Source of the DNA: an uncultured delta proteobacterium
Lineage (GTDB): Bacteria; Myxococcota; Kuafuiibacteriia; Kuafuiibacteriales; Kuafuiibacteriaceae
DNA length: 64,000 nucleotides
Assembly (NCBI GenBank): GCA_963803435.1
Contig: CAWDML010000009.1
Location: 960,001 to 1,024,000, forward strand
Direction: 5' to 3'
The position numbers and the translations under genes are program-made. Below are positions 49,875 through 60,746 of this stretch, piece by piece; position 1 is the first letter of the stretch, and each line of letters starts with the position of its first letter. The notes under the pieces were generated by a model. The model made no database searches. It was not told the DNA's origin and saw only the letters and a program-made list of their open reading frames with translations.

Positions 49875-51099
49875 TCGTACCTCAGGGCTTGAATGGGGTC
49901 GAAGCGCGAGGCCTTGAACGCCGGATAGAGCCCAAACCCGACGCCGACGATCGCGCTGAACACGAGTGCCACCAGGATGACGGCCGGCTGGATCAACAGG
50001 GGCCAGCCGAACTCCGAGACCAGATAGAAGCCGGTACCCACGCCGGCAGCACGCCGAGCGCGCCGCCGATGCTCGAGAGCACCACCGCCTCGACGAGGAA
50101 CTGCGTGAGGATGTTCTTCGACTTCGCGCCCACCGCCATGCGGAGCCCGATCTCGCTCGTCCGCTCGGTGACGCTGACCAGCATGATGTTCATGATGCCG
50201 ATGCCTCCGACCATCAGGCTGACCAGCGCGATGCCGCCGAGGAGCGCGCTCATCGTGTCGGCGCTCTCCTGCTGCGAGCTGGCGATGTCGGAGAGGTTAC
50301 GGACCTAGAAGTCCTCCTCGTCGCCTTCGCGGATCCTGTGTCGGGCCCGCAGGAGCGGGTGACGTCCTGCTCCGCCTGCGCGGTCGCCTCCTGGGAGGTC
50401 GCGCCGAGGAAGACGGTGCCGTCGATGAACTGCTGCAGGCCGCCTTGCAGCTTGGCGCGGTAGGTGGAGACCGGGACGATGATGACGTCGTCACTGTCGC
50501 CGCCGAAGCCCGAGCTGCCCTTCGGCTCGGCCACCCCGATCACCTGGAACGGGATGCGGTTGACGCGGATGATCTGGCCGATCGGGTCCGAGATAGGGCC
50601 CGAAGAGCTGGTCCACGACCGTCTGTCCGATCACCGCGACCTTGGCGCCAGTCGTCCACGTCCGCGTCGGTGAGCGCGCGTCCCTGCCCGACCTCCCAGT
50701 CGCGGATCTCGAAGTAGTCGGGCGTGGTGCCCTGCACCGACGTGGACCAGTTCGCGCCCTCGGCCATCGCCTGCGCTTGGTGTTGAGGAGCGGGCGCCGC
50801 GGATCGCACGGAGGGGACGTCGCTCTCGATCTTGCCGAGGTCCTCCCAGGTGATCGTGGGCTGGCTGCCGGCGCCGCCGCGCACGCCGCCGGCGCGGCTG
50901 GAGCCGGAGCGGACGATCAGCATGTTGCTGCCCATCGACTCGAAGGTGGCTCGACGCGGGCCCGGGCCCCGGCGCCGATGGCGGTGATCGAGACCACCGC
51001 GCCGACGCCGATGATCACGCCCAGCATCGTGAGGAACGAGCGCATCTTGTTGCGCAGGAGCGCGCGCACCGCGATGGAGACGATCCCGAGGAGAGTCAT
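49871..51099 (-). pseudogene. MacB-like ABC permease with several frameshifts and an in-frame TAG
   Basis: [17 protein letters not shown] and [20 protein letters not shown] lie in different frames; DF*VRN at 50305-50307. Confidence 0.85.
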
Positions 51100-51762
51100 G
51101 ATGCCACCTTCCCGTCCCGTACCTCGATCACCCGCGACGCGTGCGCGGCGATGTCCGGCTCGTGCGTCACCAGGACGACGGTGATCCCGCCGCCGACCAG
51201 CTCGCCGAAGAGCGCCATCACCTCCTCGCTGGTCTTGGTGTCCAGGTTGCCGGTGGGCTCATCGGCGAGGATCAGGCGGGGCTCGTTCACCAGCGCCCGT
51301 GCGATCGCGACGCGCTGCTGCTGTCCGCCGGAGAGCTGGTTCGGGTGGTGATGCGTGCGGAGCGCGAGCCCGACCCGCTCTAGCGCTCTCTGGGCCCGGG
51401 CGTGCCGCTCCTCCTTCGAGAGGCCGGCGTATAACAGCGGCAGCTCGACGTTCTCGACCGCGCTGGTGCGGGCGAGCAGGTTGAAGCTCTGGAATACGAA
51501 CCCGAGGGTGCGGTTCCGGATCTCGGCGCGCCGGTCTGCGATCCGCCGACGCCACCTCCTCGCCCGCGAGTCGATACGAGCCGCTGGTGGGCGCGTCGAG
51601 GCAGCCGAGGATGTTCATCAGCGTCGACTTTCCCGAGCCGGAGCTCCCCATGATGGCCACCAGCTCCCCATCGCCTACGGTCAAGCTGACCCCGCGGAGC
51701 GCCTCCACGGAGACCTCGCCCTGCAGGTACGTCTTGGTCAGGTCATTCACTTCGATCAGCAT
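51096..51762 (-). pseudogene. MacB/LolD-like ABC ATP-binding protein, frameshifted
   Basis: GSSGSGKST; LSGGQQQRV; [10 protein letters not shown]; VTHE. The frame changes near 51540. Confidence 0.85.
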
Positions 51763-51770
51763 GGCTCACC

Positions 51771-52953
51771 TCACAGGAAGCGGCCGAAGCGGTTGCCGCC
51801 CCGGCGCGCGCCGTCGGGCTTCGCGGCATCGCCGGACATGCCGACGATGATCCGCGCACCCTCGTCGAGGTCCTTCGCGGAGATCTCGGTCCGCTCTCCG
51901 TCGGAGAGCCCGACCTCGACGGGAACGGCCGCCGGCTGTCCGCGCTCGATCTTCCAGATAAGTCGCTCGTGGCCGTTGCTCGCCCGCGCCTCCGGCGGCC
52001 GGAAGCGGAGCGCCGCGCTGGGAACCACCAGGACCTCCTCGTGCGCCTCGACCACGAAGGTGACGTCTGCGGTCATTCCCGGGCGAAGCTCGAGCTCCGG
52101 GTTGTCGACGGAGACCACCGCGTCGTACGTGACGACGTTCTGCACGGTGACCGGCGAGTAGCGGACCTCCTTCACCACTCCAGCGAAGGTCTTGCTGGCG
52201 AAGGCGTCGACGGTGAACTCCACCGCTTGACCCGGCAGCACGCGACCCACGTCCGACTCGGCGACGCTGGTGTGCACCTCCATTTTTCGCGGGTCCTCGG
52301 CGATGGTGAACAGCGTCGGAGCCTGGAAGGACGCCGCCACGGTCTGACCGACGTCGACGCCGCGTGGAGATCACCACGCCGTCGATCGGAGAGCGGATCT
52401 CGGTGTACGCCAGGTTGGTCTCGGCCACCTTCACCGCCGCCTGCGCCAGCTCGATCGCCGCCTGCGAGGACGCGACGCTCGCCGCCGCCGTCTCCAGCGC
52501 CACCCGTGCCGAGTCCGCGTCGGCGGCCGCGACCATGTTCTTGTCCGCCAGTGCGGCGTAGCGTGCCTGATTGAGCTTCGCGTTCGCGTACTCGGCCTGG
52601 GCCCGGCGCATCGCGGCCCGCGCCGAGGCCAGATTCGCGCGCGCGCGGAGGAGCTCACCCTCGAACAGAGACGGATCGATCTTCGCGATCAGCTGTCCCT
52701 TCTTGACCGTCGAGTTGAAGTCGGCGCCGAGCTCCATCACGCGCCCGGAGACCTGGCTCCCGACCGTCACCGTCACCAGCGGCGAGAGCGTGCCCGTGGC
52801 GATGACCCGATCGGAGACGCTCCCGCGCTCCACCTCGACGGTCTCGAAGCGCGGCGCAGCTGCCGGCTTCCCGCTCCTCCACAGGGAAACGGCGACCGCG
52901 GCCGAGAGGCCGGCGAGCGCCAGGATCAGGTTGCGCCGCTTTTTCCACGTCAT
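51771..52953 (-). pseudogene. MacA-like periplasmic adaptor, frameshifted near 52360
   Basis: VGSQVSG, VKKGQLIA.ID, IRSPIDG; ASFQAPTLFTIA, LRPGMTA in a second frame. Confidence 0.85.
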
Positions 52954-53034
52954 CACGCTGGTGAGACGCTCGATCGGCCCCGGAGGCTTCCTCGTTTCAG
53001 GAAGTCCTAGGGTCCTTAACAATCCTTCGGGCTC

Positions 53035-53073
53035 AGGCTCGACCTCGGTCGAATGACCGAGGTCGCCGAGCCT
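53035..53073. other. Hairpin/inverted repeat in the divergent intergenic region
   Basis: GACCTCGGTC-GAAT-GACCGAGGTC perfect 10-bp stem, extendable by AGGCTC/GAGCCT. Confidence 0.5.
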
Positions 53074-53184
53074 CATGTAATCGTGATCGCGATCAGCCAC
53101 AGCACGATCACAGAAGACAAGCGTTCGTCGGTCCGTCATAGCGGGCTGACTGTTTCGCCTGCGAGACCGAAAGGAACCCAAACG

Positions 53185-53484
53185 ATGCGAACACTGATTG
53201 TAGCAACCTCGTCTCTTCTTCTCTCCGCCTCTCTGCTCGTCGCGTGCGGCAGCAGCCCGTGCGACGACGTCGCCTCTGAGGTCGAGGCTTGCTTCTCCGC
53301 GCTGGACTGCACCACCAAATCGGACCAGGCGGACATGATGGCCTGTGAGACCGCGAAGGCGGATTTCCAGGCGTCGAGCGGGAGCGGCGGCAAGTGCAAC
53401 GCCGTCGAAGAGCAGCTTGCGAAGGCGTGCCTCGACGGTGGAACGATCAGCGCCGATACGAACTGTGCCTGTCAGCTGAACTGA
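53185..53484 (+). CDS. Small Cys-rich lipoprotein
   Basis: AAGGA RBS; LVAC lipobox; 8 further Cys. Confidence 0.8.
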   Translation: MRTLIVATSSLLLSASLLVACGSSPCDDVASEVEACFSALDCTTKSDQADMMACETAKADFQASSGSGGKCNAVEEQLAKACLDGGTISADTNCACQLN

Positions 53485-53507
53485 GCGCAGGCCGTCTTAA
53501 ACGTCTA

Positions 53508-53558
53508 AATTCAGCTCGGCTCGACGGAGGGTGGATGTCTCGGCCCGAGCTTTGAATT
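53508..53558 (+). terminator. Possible stem-loop/terminator
   Basis: Imperfect inverted repeat AATTCA-GCTCGG ... CCGAGC-TT-TGAATT after the stop codon. Confidence 0.35.
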
Positions 53559-53569
53559 AGACGGCCCCG

Positions 53570-55654
53570 ATGCGCGCCGGTGTTGCCTCCCTCCTGATCC
53601 TCCTCTTACCCGCCCCGCTCCTCGCGCAGAGCCTGATCCCAGGCCCCGGACAGCCGGGCTCGAACCCGGCCCTCCATGCGCTCGCCGGTGCGTACGATCG
53701 CCAGTTCCACACCTTCAACGCGATGCTGTTCGGGATCTCGCTCGATCCGTTCATCCCCGATCCGAACGATCGCGCGCTGGTCGCCGCGTTCCTGGCGCAA
53801 ACCGCCGAGCCGGACTTCCTCACGTTCACCGCGAGTCTGGGTACGCCCCGCTCGGTCGCGGACGTCATCGGTTCGTACGACGAGCACGGCGACATCGGGA
53901 TGTTCGGAGGTGTGCCTGCGGGCGCGGACGCGTTCCGCTACGCAGTGCTTCGGGACAGCGGTGCGGCCCCGGCGGACGTCGGCGCCGCCCGCGCCGATCT
54001 GCTGCGGGCGATCGCCAGCTTCAACGTCTACGCGCGCATCACGGGTGAGCCGGGCACGATCGCCCGCGGGATCCGTCTGGTCTCCGAGGCCGGTGCTCCG
54101 CCCGAAGCGTTGCCTCCGACGTGCGGCGATGCCTGGGATCGCGGGACCAACGTCTGGCGCACCGATCAGACGGGCCAGTTCCCCGGCTGGTACTGGCTGG
54201 ACAACACCAGCAAGGATCAGCTGCTCGGCTACGTCTTCGCGCTGGGCGCGTTCTGGGACGCGGTGGCGCTCGATCCTTCGATTCCCCAGACCATCCGGGA
54301 CGATCTGCAGGCGAACGCGCTCGCGATGGGACGTTCGCTGATGCAGCCGGTCGAGGTCAGGCCGGGCACCTCGATCGATCTGGTGATCCGCGACGCGAAC
54401 GGCTGCGCGACACGCTTTCACGACCTGAACCCACGCGAGGTGGTGCTGGGCGGCTCGCCGCCCCTCGTCCTCGACGAGACCTCGAACAATCGGATCGGCT
54501 TCAATGCGCTGGCCGCGCTCGGGATCGTCCGGACGCTCTACCACGTGTCGGGCGATCCGGTGCTCCGCAGCTACTACTACGACGAGCTGATCGACGCGCG
54601 CGGCTACGCGACCGTGGTGAACAGCGGTGCGGCGCGTTTGAGGAACATGTTTGCGAACACCTGCATCGCTGGAAACTGCCTGGTCACGAACTTCTCCAAC
54701 GTCAACATGGCGTTCGTTTCGATCTACGGCGTGCTCCGCTACGAGACCGACCCGGCGCTGCGGTCCGCGTACCAGACGATCCTCCAGGACGACCTCTGGA
54801 CCGGTCCGCGGCCCCACATGGGGCTCGAGATCCAGCAGGCGTTCTTCAACCTGCTCTACGCAGGCTTCCGCGCCGGGGCGACCGACGACGCGCAGGCGAA
54901 CAATGCCGCCGCCTCCCTGATCGAGTGGCCGGCGCCGCCGTACTGGGACCCGCTCGTCGAGAACTGCGATGCGGCCGAGCTGTCGGCCGGCACTTGCCTC
55001 GCCATCGATGGGACCACCGTCATCACGCTCGACTCCATCCCCGCGCGCGGAGGCGGTGCCGCCTCGGAGACGCCGCTGCCGAAGCGTCTCCGGGCGCCGA
55101 ACGGGTGGGAGTGGCGCAGCGATCCTCGCGTCGTCAACGGCGGCGGCGGCGATCGCCTCAACCCCGGCGGCGACTTTCGTGCCGCCTACTGGCTCGGCCG
55201 CTTCCTCGCGCGCGCCGGCGATAGCGACGTCAACGTCTCCCCGATCGCGCGCAACCCGGACGGAACCGGTGGGCCGCCGCCGCTCGCCGCCGACGCCGGC
55301 GTGTCGACCGACGCGGCTCCAATCGAGGACGCGGGCGGCGACGATGGGGACGCGGGTGTCCCGAACGATGCGTCCGCGGTGGTCGACTCCGGCTTCCCAG
55401 GCGACGCGTCGCTCGCGCCGGACGCCGATGTCCCGAGCAAGGACGCGGAGCTCGCGGACGGCGGCGAGACGAGCGGGTCGGACGCGCCCGCGGTCGACGG
55501 CGGGGCCCCCGAGGCGCCGGCCGCCACAGGCTGCGGGTGTAGCGCCCCGCATCGCTCGAGCGCGCGGGCCGGCTGGCTCCTCCTGGCGTTCGTCCCACTC
55601 CTGCTCCGCCGCCGCGACCACCGGGATCCCCGACCGCCCAACGCCGGTTGGTGA
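53570..55654 (+). CDS. Secreted surface protein with DAG linker and MYXO-CTERM sorting signal
   Basis: Signal peptide; C-terminal GCGCS...WLLLAFVPLLLRRR. Confidence 0.8.
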   Translation: MRAGVASLLILLLPAPLLAQSLIPGPGQPGSNPALHALAGAYDRQFHTFNAMLFGISLDPFIPDPNDRALVAAFLAQTAEPDFLTFTASLGTPRSVADVIGSYDEHGDIGMFGGVPAGADAFRYAVLRDSGAAPADVGAARADLLRAIASFNVYARITGEPGTIARGIRLVSEAGAPPEALPPTCGDAWDRGTNVWRTDQTGQFPGWYWLDNTSKDQLLGYVFALGAFWDAVALDPSIPQTIRDDLQANALAMGRSLMQPVEVRPGTSIDLVIRDANGCATRFHDLNPREVVLGGSPPLVLDETSNNRIGFNALAALGIVRTLYHVSGDPVLRSYYYDELIDARGYATVVNSGAARLRNMFANTCIAGNCLVTNFSNVNMAFVSIYGVLRYETDPALRSAYQTILQDDLWTGPRPHMGLEIQQAFFNLLYAGFRAGATDDAQANNAAASLIEWPAPPYWDPLVENCDAAELSAGTCLAIDGTTVITLDSIPARGGGAASETPLPKRLRAPNGWEWRSDPRVVNGGGGDRLNPGGDFRAAYWLGRFLARAGDSDVNVSPIARNPDGTGGPPPLAADAGVSTDAAPIEDAGGDDGDAGVPNDASAVVDSGFPGDASLAPDADVPSKDAELADGGETSGSDAPAVDGGAPEAPAATGCGCSAPHRSSARAGWLLLAFVPLLLRRRDHRDPRPPNAGW

Positions 55655-55895
55655 AACCCGGAACGCGCCGAAAAGAGCTCGAACCGCTGGTGAGCGCCGG
55701 CCGATACAGGAGCCGGTGACGCGCACTTCGAGAACCTCTGCCCAGAACAGCGGTGCGATTTCACTCGAGCCACCGGACGCGATCCCGGCGGGCCGCGGTG
55801 CACGAAGGACGGCCGAGGCGATCGTCCCTCGCCTCGACGGGAAGCTGCACGGGGCCGGCCCGGCCTCGAGCGCGCGCTCGCTCGGAAGGCCTTCG

Positions 55896-58800
55896 ATGGT
55901 CGAGCTCCGCACCTCGTCGGCGCGGCTCGATTGGGCCGCCTTCCCGAACGTCCTCACGGCGGACGAGATCACGGCCCTCGGCCCTCGGGCGCTCGGGCTG
56001 GTGGGCGGCAAGAACTACAACATGGCCCAGCTGAACAGCATCCCGGGGGTCCGGGGCGCCGAGTTCCGGGCCGTGACGGCGTCCGCGTACGACCGCCATC
56101 TCGATCAGGCGACGATCGACGGGTCGTCCCTGGACGCGTTCCTCAGCCGGCTGTTCGCGCGGACCGACTTCAAGGCGCTCGCCGCCAAGGACGGGAACGC
56201 GTTCCAGCAGGACTTCGTGCTGGCCGAGAGCGAGCGGTTCGTCGCTCGATTCCGCGGCAAGGAGGATGTTCCTCTCCGTTCGTACCTCGACGGGCTGATC
56301 GCTGAGGCCAAGCAGGCGCTCGCCGCCCGACCGGAGGATCGACTCGAGATCCTCCGACGCCTCTCGATCTCCGCCCAGATCGCGATGCTGGCCGCGCCGA
56401 TGCCGGAGGCAGTCGAGCAGGACCTCCGCGCGGCGTACCAGGATCTCTGCGATGAGGTCGGCACGTGCGATTCTCGAGGTCGCGGTCCGGAGCTCGGCGG
56501 TCGGTGAGGACGGCGACGACGCGGCCTTTGCGGGCGCGCAGGACACGTACCTGAACATCTCGGGCGCCGACGCGGTCGCGAGGCACGTCCAGCGGAACTT
56601 CGCCTCCGGCTTCAACGTGCGGGCGCTCGAATACCGCTTGTCGCAGATCGACAAGGAGGTCGCCGAGCGGGGCACGCCGCTGGCGGAGGCCCTCGACAAG
56701 TTCGACTTCGACAACATCGCGGTGAGCGTGTCGATCCAGAAGATGATCAAGTCCGAGCAGGCCGGTACAGCGTTCAGCATCGATCCCGCCTCAGGACTTC
56801 CGGGCGTGGTCTCGATCGACGCGAACTTCGGCTACGGCGAGTCGGTCGTCGGCGGCCGGGTCACGCCCGACAACTTCCTCATCACCGACGACGGCAAGCT
56901 GATCGTGAAGACGCTCGGTGAGAAGAAGCTGGCGGTGGTCGACCGTGCCGGCGGTGGCACCGTCGAGGTCGAGCTCGACGACCAGCGCGCTCACGAGTGG
57001 TCGCTCACCGACGAGCAGGTGCGCCAGATCGCCGACATGGTCAGAGCCGTCGCGAAGCACTACCGAAAGTACGTCGATACCGAGTTCGCGATCGATCGGA
57101 CCGGCCCCTACCTGGTGCAGGCGCGCCCGGAGACCAAGCACAACGAGGAGCCGCCGGGCGTGATTCACCTGGAGCGGTTCGAGGTGCCCGACAAGGCGGC
57201 CCGCGCCACGCGCGCCGTCCTCGAGGGGGACGGGGCCTCGAAGGGCGCCGCCGTCGGCACGGTGCGTTTCGTGGACAACATCCACGATCCCGAGGTGCTC
57301 GCGCGCTTCGCCCCGGGCGACATCCTCGCCGCCGAGCGGACCGACCCCGACTTCCTCCCCCTGTTCAAGCGCGCCTCGGCGATCCTCGCGGACGTGGGCG
57401 GCCGCACCTCGCACGCCGCGATCACGTCGCGCGAGCTGAACATCCCCGCGGTGATCGGCATCGGCGATGTCGAGAGCCTGCGCGCGCTCGACGGCCAGAC
57501 CGTCACCGTCGACGGCTCTCGCGGTGCCGCCTACCCGGGTGCCCTCGAGCTGGCGAAGGCGGGGCAGCACATCGACACCAACGAGCTTGCAAAGGTGAAG
57601 ACCAAGACCGCGGTCGGTCTGATCCTGGCCGACCTCGATCAAGCCAAGGCGCTCCACGCGCTCGCCCGCCTGCCCGACTTCAAGGTCGGTCTGCTCCGCG
57701 CCGAGTTCGTGCTCGGGGCGATCGGCGTGCACTATCAGGCGCTCAAAGCGTACGACCACGGAGTCCTCGAGGAGGCGGCCTGGCGGGTCGGCCGGGGCGA
57801 GCCCTCTGACGCCGCCGGATCCGCGGACGACGAGCGCACCCAGCTGCTCCGCGCCACGATGGAGGGCGTGCGCGACCAGCCGCCGGAGGCCGCCGCCCGG
57901 CAGCTCCTCGAGCTGAAGGCCGAGCTCGACGCCCGCTTGAAGAAGAGCGGCTTCACCAGCGGGCACGAGTTCTACGTGGAGATGCTGTCCCAGCGGATCG
58001 CGTTGTTTGCGCACGTGTTCGCGGGTCGCGACGTCATCTACCGGACCACCGACTACAAGAGCAACGAGTACCAGGGGCTCCTCGGCGGCGCGCTGTTCGA
58101 GGAGAAGGAGTCGAACCCCATGCTCGGCTATCGAGGCGTCTCACGCTCGATCGATCCGTGGGAGCTCGAGGCGTTCCGAAAGGCCCGCGACGAGTACGGC
58201 GCCACCAATCTCCACATCATGTTCCCGTTCGTGAGGACCGAGGACGAGATCGTGTCGACCGTGGCCGTGGCGCGGGCGCGCGGCGTAAAGAGCGGAGACA
58301 AGGGCCTCAAGGTGTTCGTGATGGCCGAGATCCCGTCGGTGGCGGCGCTCCCGAAGAGCTTCCTGCGCCACGTCGACGGCTTCTCCATCGGGAGCAACGA
58401 TCTCACGCAGGGCATGCTGATGACCGACCGCGACTCGGCTCGGCTCCAGCGCACCTACGATGAGGAGGAGCCGTCCGTCGTCCAAGGGATGCTCGCGATC
58501 ATCTTCTCCGCGATCGCCGAGGGGAAAGAGGCCGGCTTCTGCGGTCAGGGCGTCTCCAACAGCGAGTTCATCGCGGCGATGGTGTCGGTCGCCGGCATCA
58601 CCTCCGCGAGCGCGACGCCGGACGTCTTCGTCAAGGTGAAGCGGCTGGTCGCGGACATCGAGTCGCGCGGGATCGGCGTCGCGCAGCTCGGCGAGTGGAT
58701 GAACCAGCACAAGCGCGCCCGCATGCACGAGGCCCTCGACGGTCTCCGGGCGAGCGGGCTGTTCGGCGCGCGCGCGCCCGGCCCCGAGAGCTCCCCCGAG

Positions 58801-59043
58801 GAGGCGTATGCGTTCGTCCAGCGCGCGCTGATCCGCGCGCATCGCGAGGCCGCGAGCACGGTCCCGGCGACCCACGCGCGCGGCCGGCAGCGCCTCCTCG
58901 AGCTGAGCAAGGCGAGCAAGGCGGTCATCGGAGCGAACAACGACTGGCGCGAGGTGGTCGACAACGCTCTCCACACCGCCGGCTTCGACTCGGCGGAGGC
59001 GTACGATCGGGCGCTGGCCGCGGCGCGCAGGAGGCACGGGTGA
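55896..59043 (+). CDS. ppsA: Phosphoenolpyruvate synthase, frameshifted near 56465; start uncertain (may extend upstream)
   Basis: VGGKNYN, VAVRSSA..ED..A.FAG.QDTYLN, QARPET, GGRTSHAAI (phospho-His), RAEF, E.NPMLGYRG, FSIGSNDLTQ, FCGQ. Confidence 0.9.
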
Positions 59044-59237
59044 GCGCCGCCGAGGGCTACTGCGAGGTCTGCGAGGCGCTCGTCCCGCTCGACGACGTCT
59101 GCGAGAAGACGACCAACACCGGCAAGCGCTACCTGGAGGGGAAGTGCCGCGCGTGCGGCGCGCTGGTCCAGTGCGTCCCTGGGGAGGGGGAGGATCACGA
59201 GGCGCTCTCTCAGGGGCTGATGATGAAGTCGTCGTGA
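59040..59237 (+). CDS. Small Zn-ribbon protein (DUF5679-like)
   Basis: GTGA overlap with ppsA; YCEVC...G+....GKCRACG. Confidence 0.65.
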   Translation: MSAAEGYCEVCEALVPLDDVCEKTTNTGKRYLEGKCRACGALVQCVPGEGEDHEALSQGLMMKSS

Positions 59238-60292
59238 ACGTCGCGCGCCGGGTTGTTGCCCAGGGCGCGGACGGCGTCGCGGAGCTCGAAGAGGTGGGAT
59301 GAATCCAAGGGCAGGGCGTGCTCGTTGGGCTGGTACGTCGAGCCGATGGGATAGTCGATGCCCGGGGAGTCGGACATCTCGATGTGCGTGCCGAGGACGT
59401 AGGCGATCGGGTGGAGCAGGGCGAAGGCGCCGAGGCGCTCGACGCTGTCCGAGTACGCCGACCAATCCGAGACGTAGAGACGCCCGGGGTAGAGCGTATC
59501 GCCGGTGAGCAAGAGGCCGGTCGCGCGATCGTACACGGCGAGGTGGCTCGTCTGGTGTCCCGGGATCGGGAGGATGTCGAGGACCCGGCCGCCCAGATCG
59601 TAGGTCACCTCCTGGGTGGGCCAGCTCGCGATCCCGAAGAAGGCCGAGACCGCGGAGACGCTGGTGCCGACCACCGTCGTGCCGGGCTGTCCCATGAACT
59701 GGCCGTCGGCGGCGATGTGATCGCCGTGGGCGTGCGAGTGGGTGACGACGAGCTCGATCGAGTCGCGGCTCCGGCCGGCCAGCCAGGTCGTGATCAGATC
59801 CTCGACGGTCGCGCGCAGCGGGAACACGGCCGCGTCCGCGGTGGCGCCGGTGTCCTGCATGAAGACCTTCTCCTCTCCAAAGAGGAGATAGATGAACGGC
59901 GCCTCGTAGTGGATGCATTTGTTCTGGCGGAGGATGAAGGTGTCGGCGTTGTACGCGTGGACCTGGAGAGGCGGATCGGTGTTCTGGGCGCAGTCGGCGG
60001 AGCCGTGGATCCAGGTCGCCTCGATCGTGCCGGGGACCAGACCTCCGGCGTCCGGTAAGCCGGCGTCCGGATCGATCCCGGCATCGACGGCGGCGTCGAC
60101 CTCGGCGGTGGCGTCCTCGTCTCCGGCGGCGTCCTCGCCGAAGGTGGCGTCCAGCGGCGTGGCGTCGGCGGCGCTCGCGTCCTTCGGGCCCACCTCCTCG
60201 GTGGTTCCGCTGTCCGGGATCGAGCGCTGAGTCCCGGGTCGGCCGGCGGGCACGCACGCCGCGAGCGCGAGACACCAAATCGTGGACCGCAC
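59210..60292 (-). CDS. Lipoprotein metallo-beta-lactamase-fold hydrolase (start approximate)
   Basis: LAAC lipobox, DAG linker, DTG, HSHAHGDH, PGH, TGD.LY, GTH. Confidence 0.88.
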   Translation of the reverse strand: MRSTIWCLALAACVPAGRPGTQRSIPDSGTTEEVGPKDASAADATPLDATFGEDAAGDEDATAEVDAAVDAGIDPDAGLPDAGGLVPGTIEATWIHGSADCAQNTDPPLQVHAYNADTFILRQNKCIHYEAPFIYLLFGEEKVFMQDTGATADAAVFPLRATVEDLITTWLAGRSRDSIELVVTHSHAHGDHIAADGQFMGQPGTTVVGTSVSAVSAFFGIASWPTQEVTYDLGGRVLDILPIPGHQTSHLAVYDRATGLLLTGDTLYPGRLYVSDWSAYSDSVERLGAFALLHPIAYVLGTHIEMSDSPGIDYPIGSTYQPNEHALPLDSSHLFELRDAVRALGNNPARDVHDDFIISP

Positions 60293-60459
60293 GGATCCAT
60301 CATAAGGGCCCGCCCGAGCCAGCGCGTCTCGACCAAATCGACCCTCGGTCGGGCGCGCAAGCATCGGATCATTCAACGGGATGTCGGCTGCGCCTCGCTC
60401 GAGAACAAAAGCAGGATGGTCGAGACGTCCCCGTGGACGACCGTGAGCGTGCCTTCCTG

Positions 60460-60734
60460 AGTGCCGAGACCGCGCGCTGCCTGGCCTACGCGCTCTCGTA
60501 CGAGGAGTGCATCGGCTTCAGCAAGGGCGGTCTCTCCTCTGCCGAGGAGCCTCGATCCGTCGCGCCGACGAGATCGCATTCTTCTCGCTGGACCCAGCGT
60601 TCATCGAGGCGCTCGAGGCGCACCTCGAGCGCAACGTGAAGCTCGAGCTCACGCGCAGCGAGGGCCGGCTGTACGTCACGGTCGACGGCCAGGCGATCGA
60701 AGGCGCGATCGAGCGCGTCCAATACTCCGCGTGA
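60460..60734 (+). pseudogene. YaeQ-family remnant (truncated and internally deleted)
   Basis: RCLAYALSYEE.I.FSKGGLSSAEEP is followed, out of frame, by the YaeQ-like C-terminus F.EAL...LER...LEL..SEG.LY. Confidence 0.65.
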
Positions 60735-60746
60735 TACAAGGGAAGC

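Noticed and set aside
53606-56011. 801-aa minus-strand ORF and similar Arg/Ala/Pro-rich overlapping ORFs
   Set aside because: They have no motifs and overlap better-supported genes, as expected at about 70% GC.
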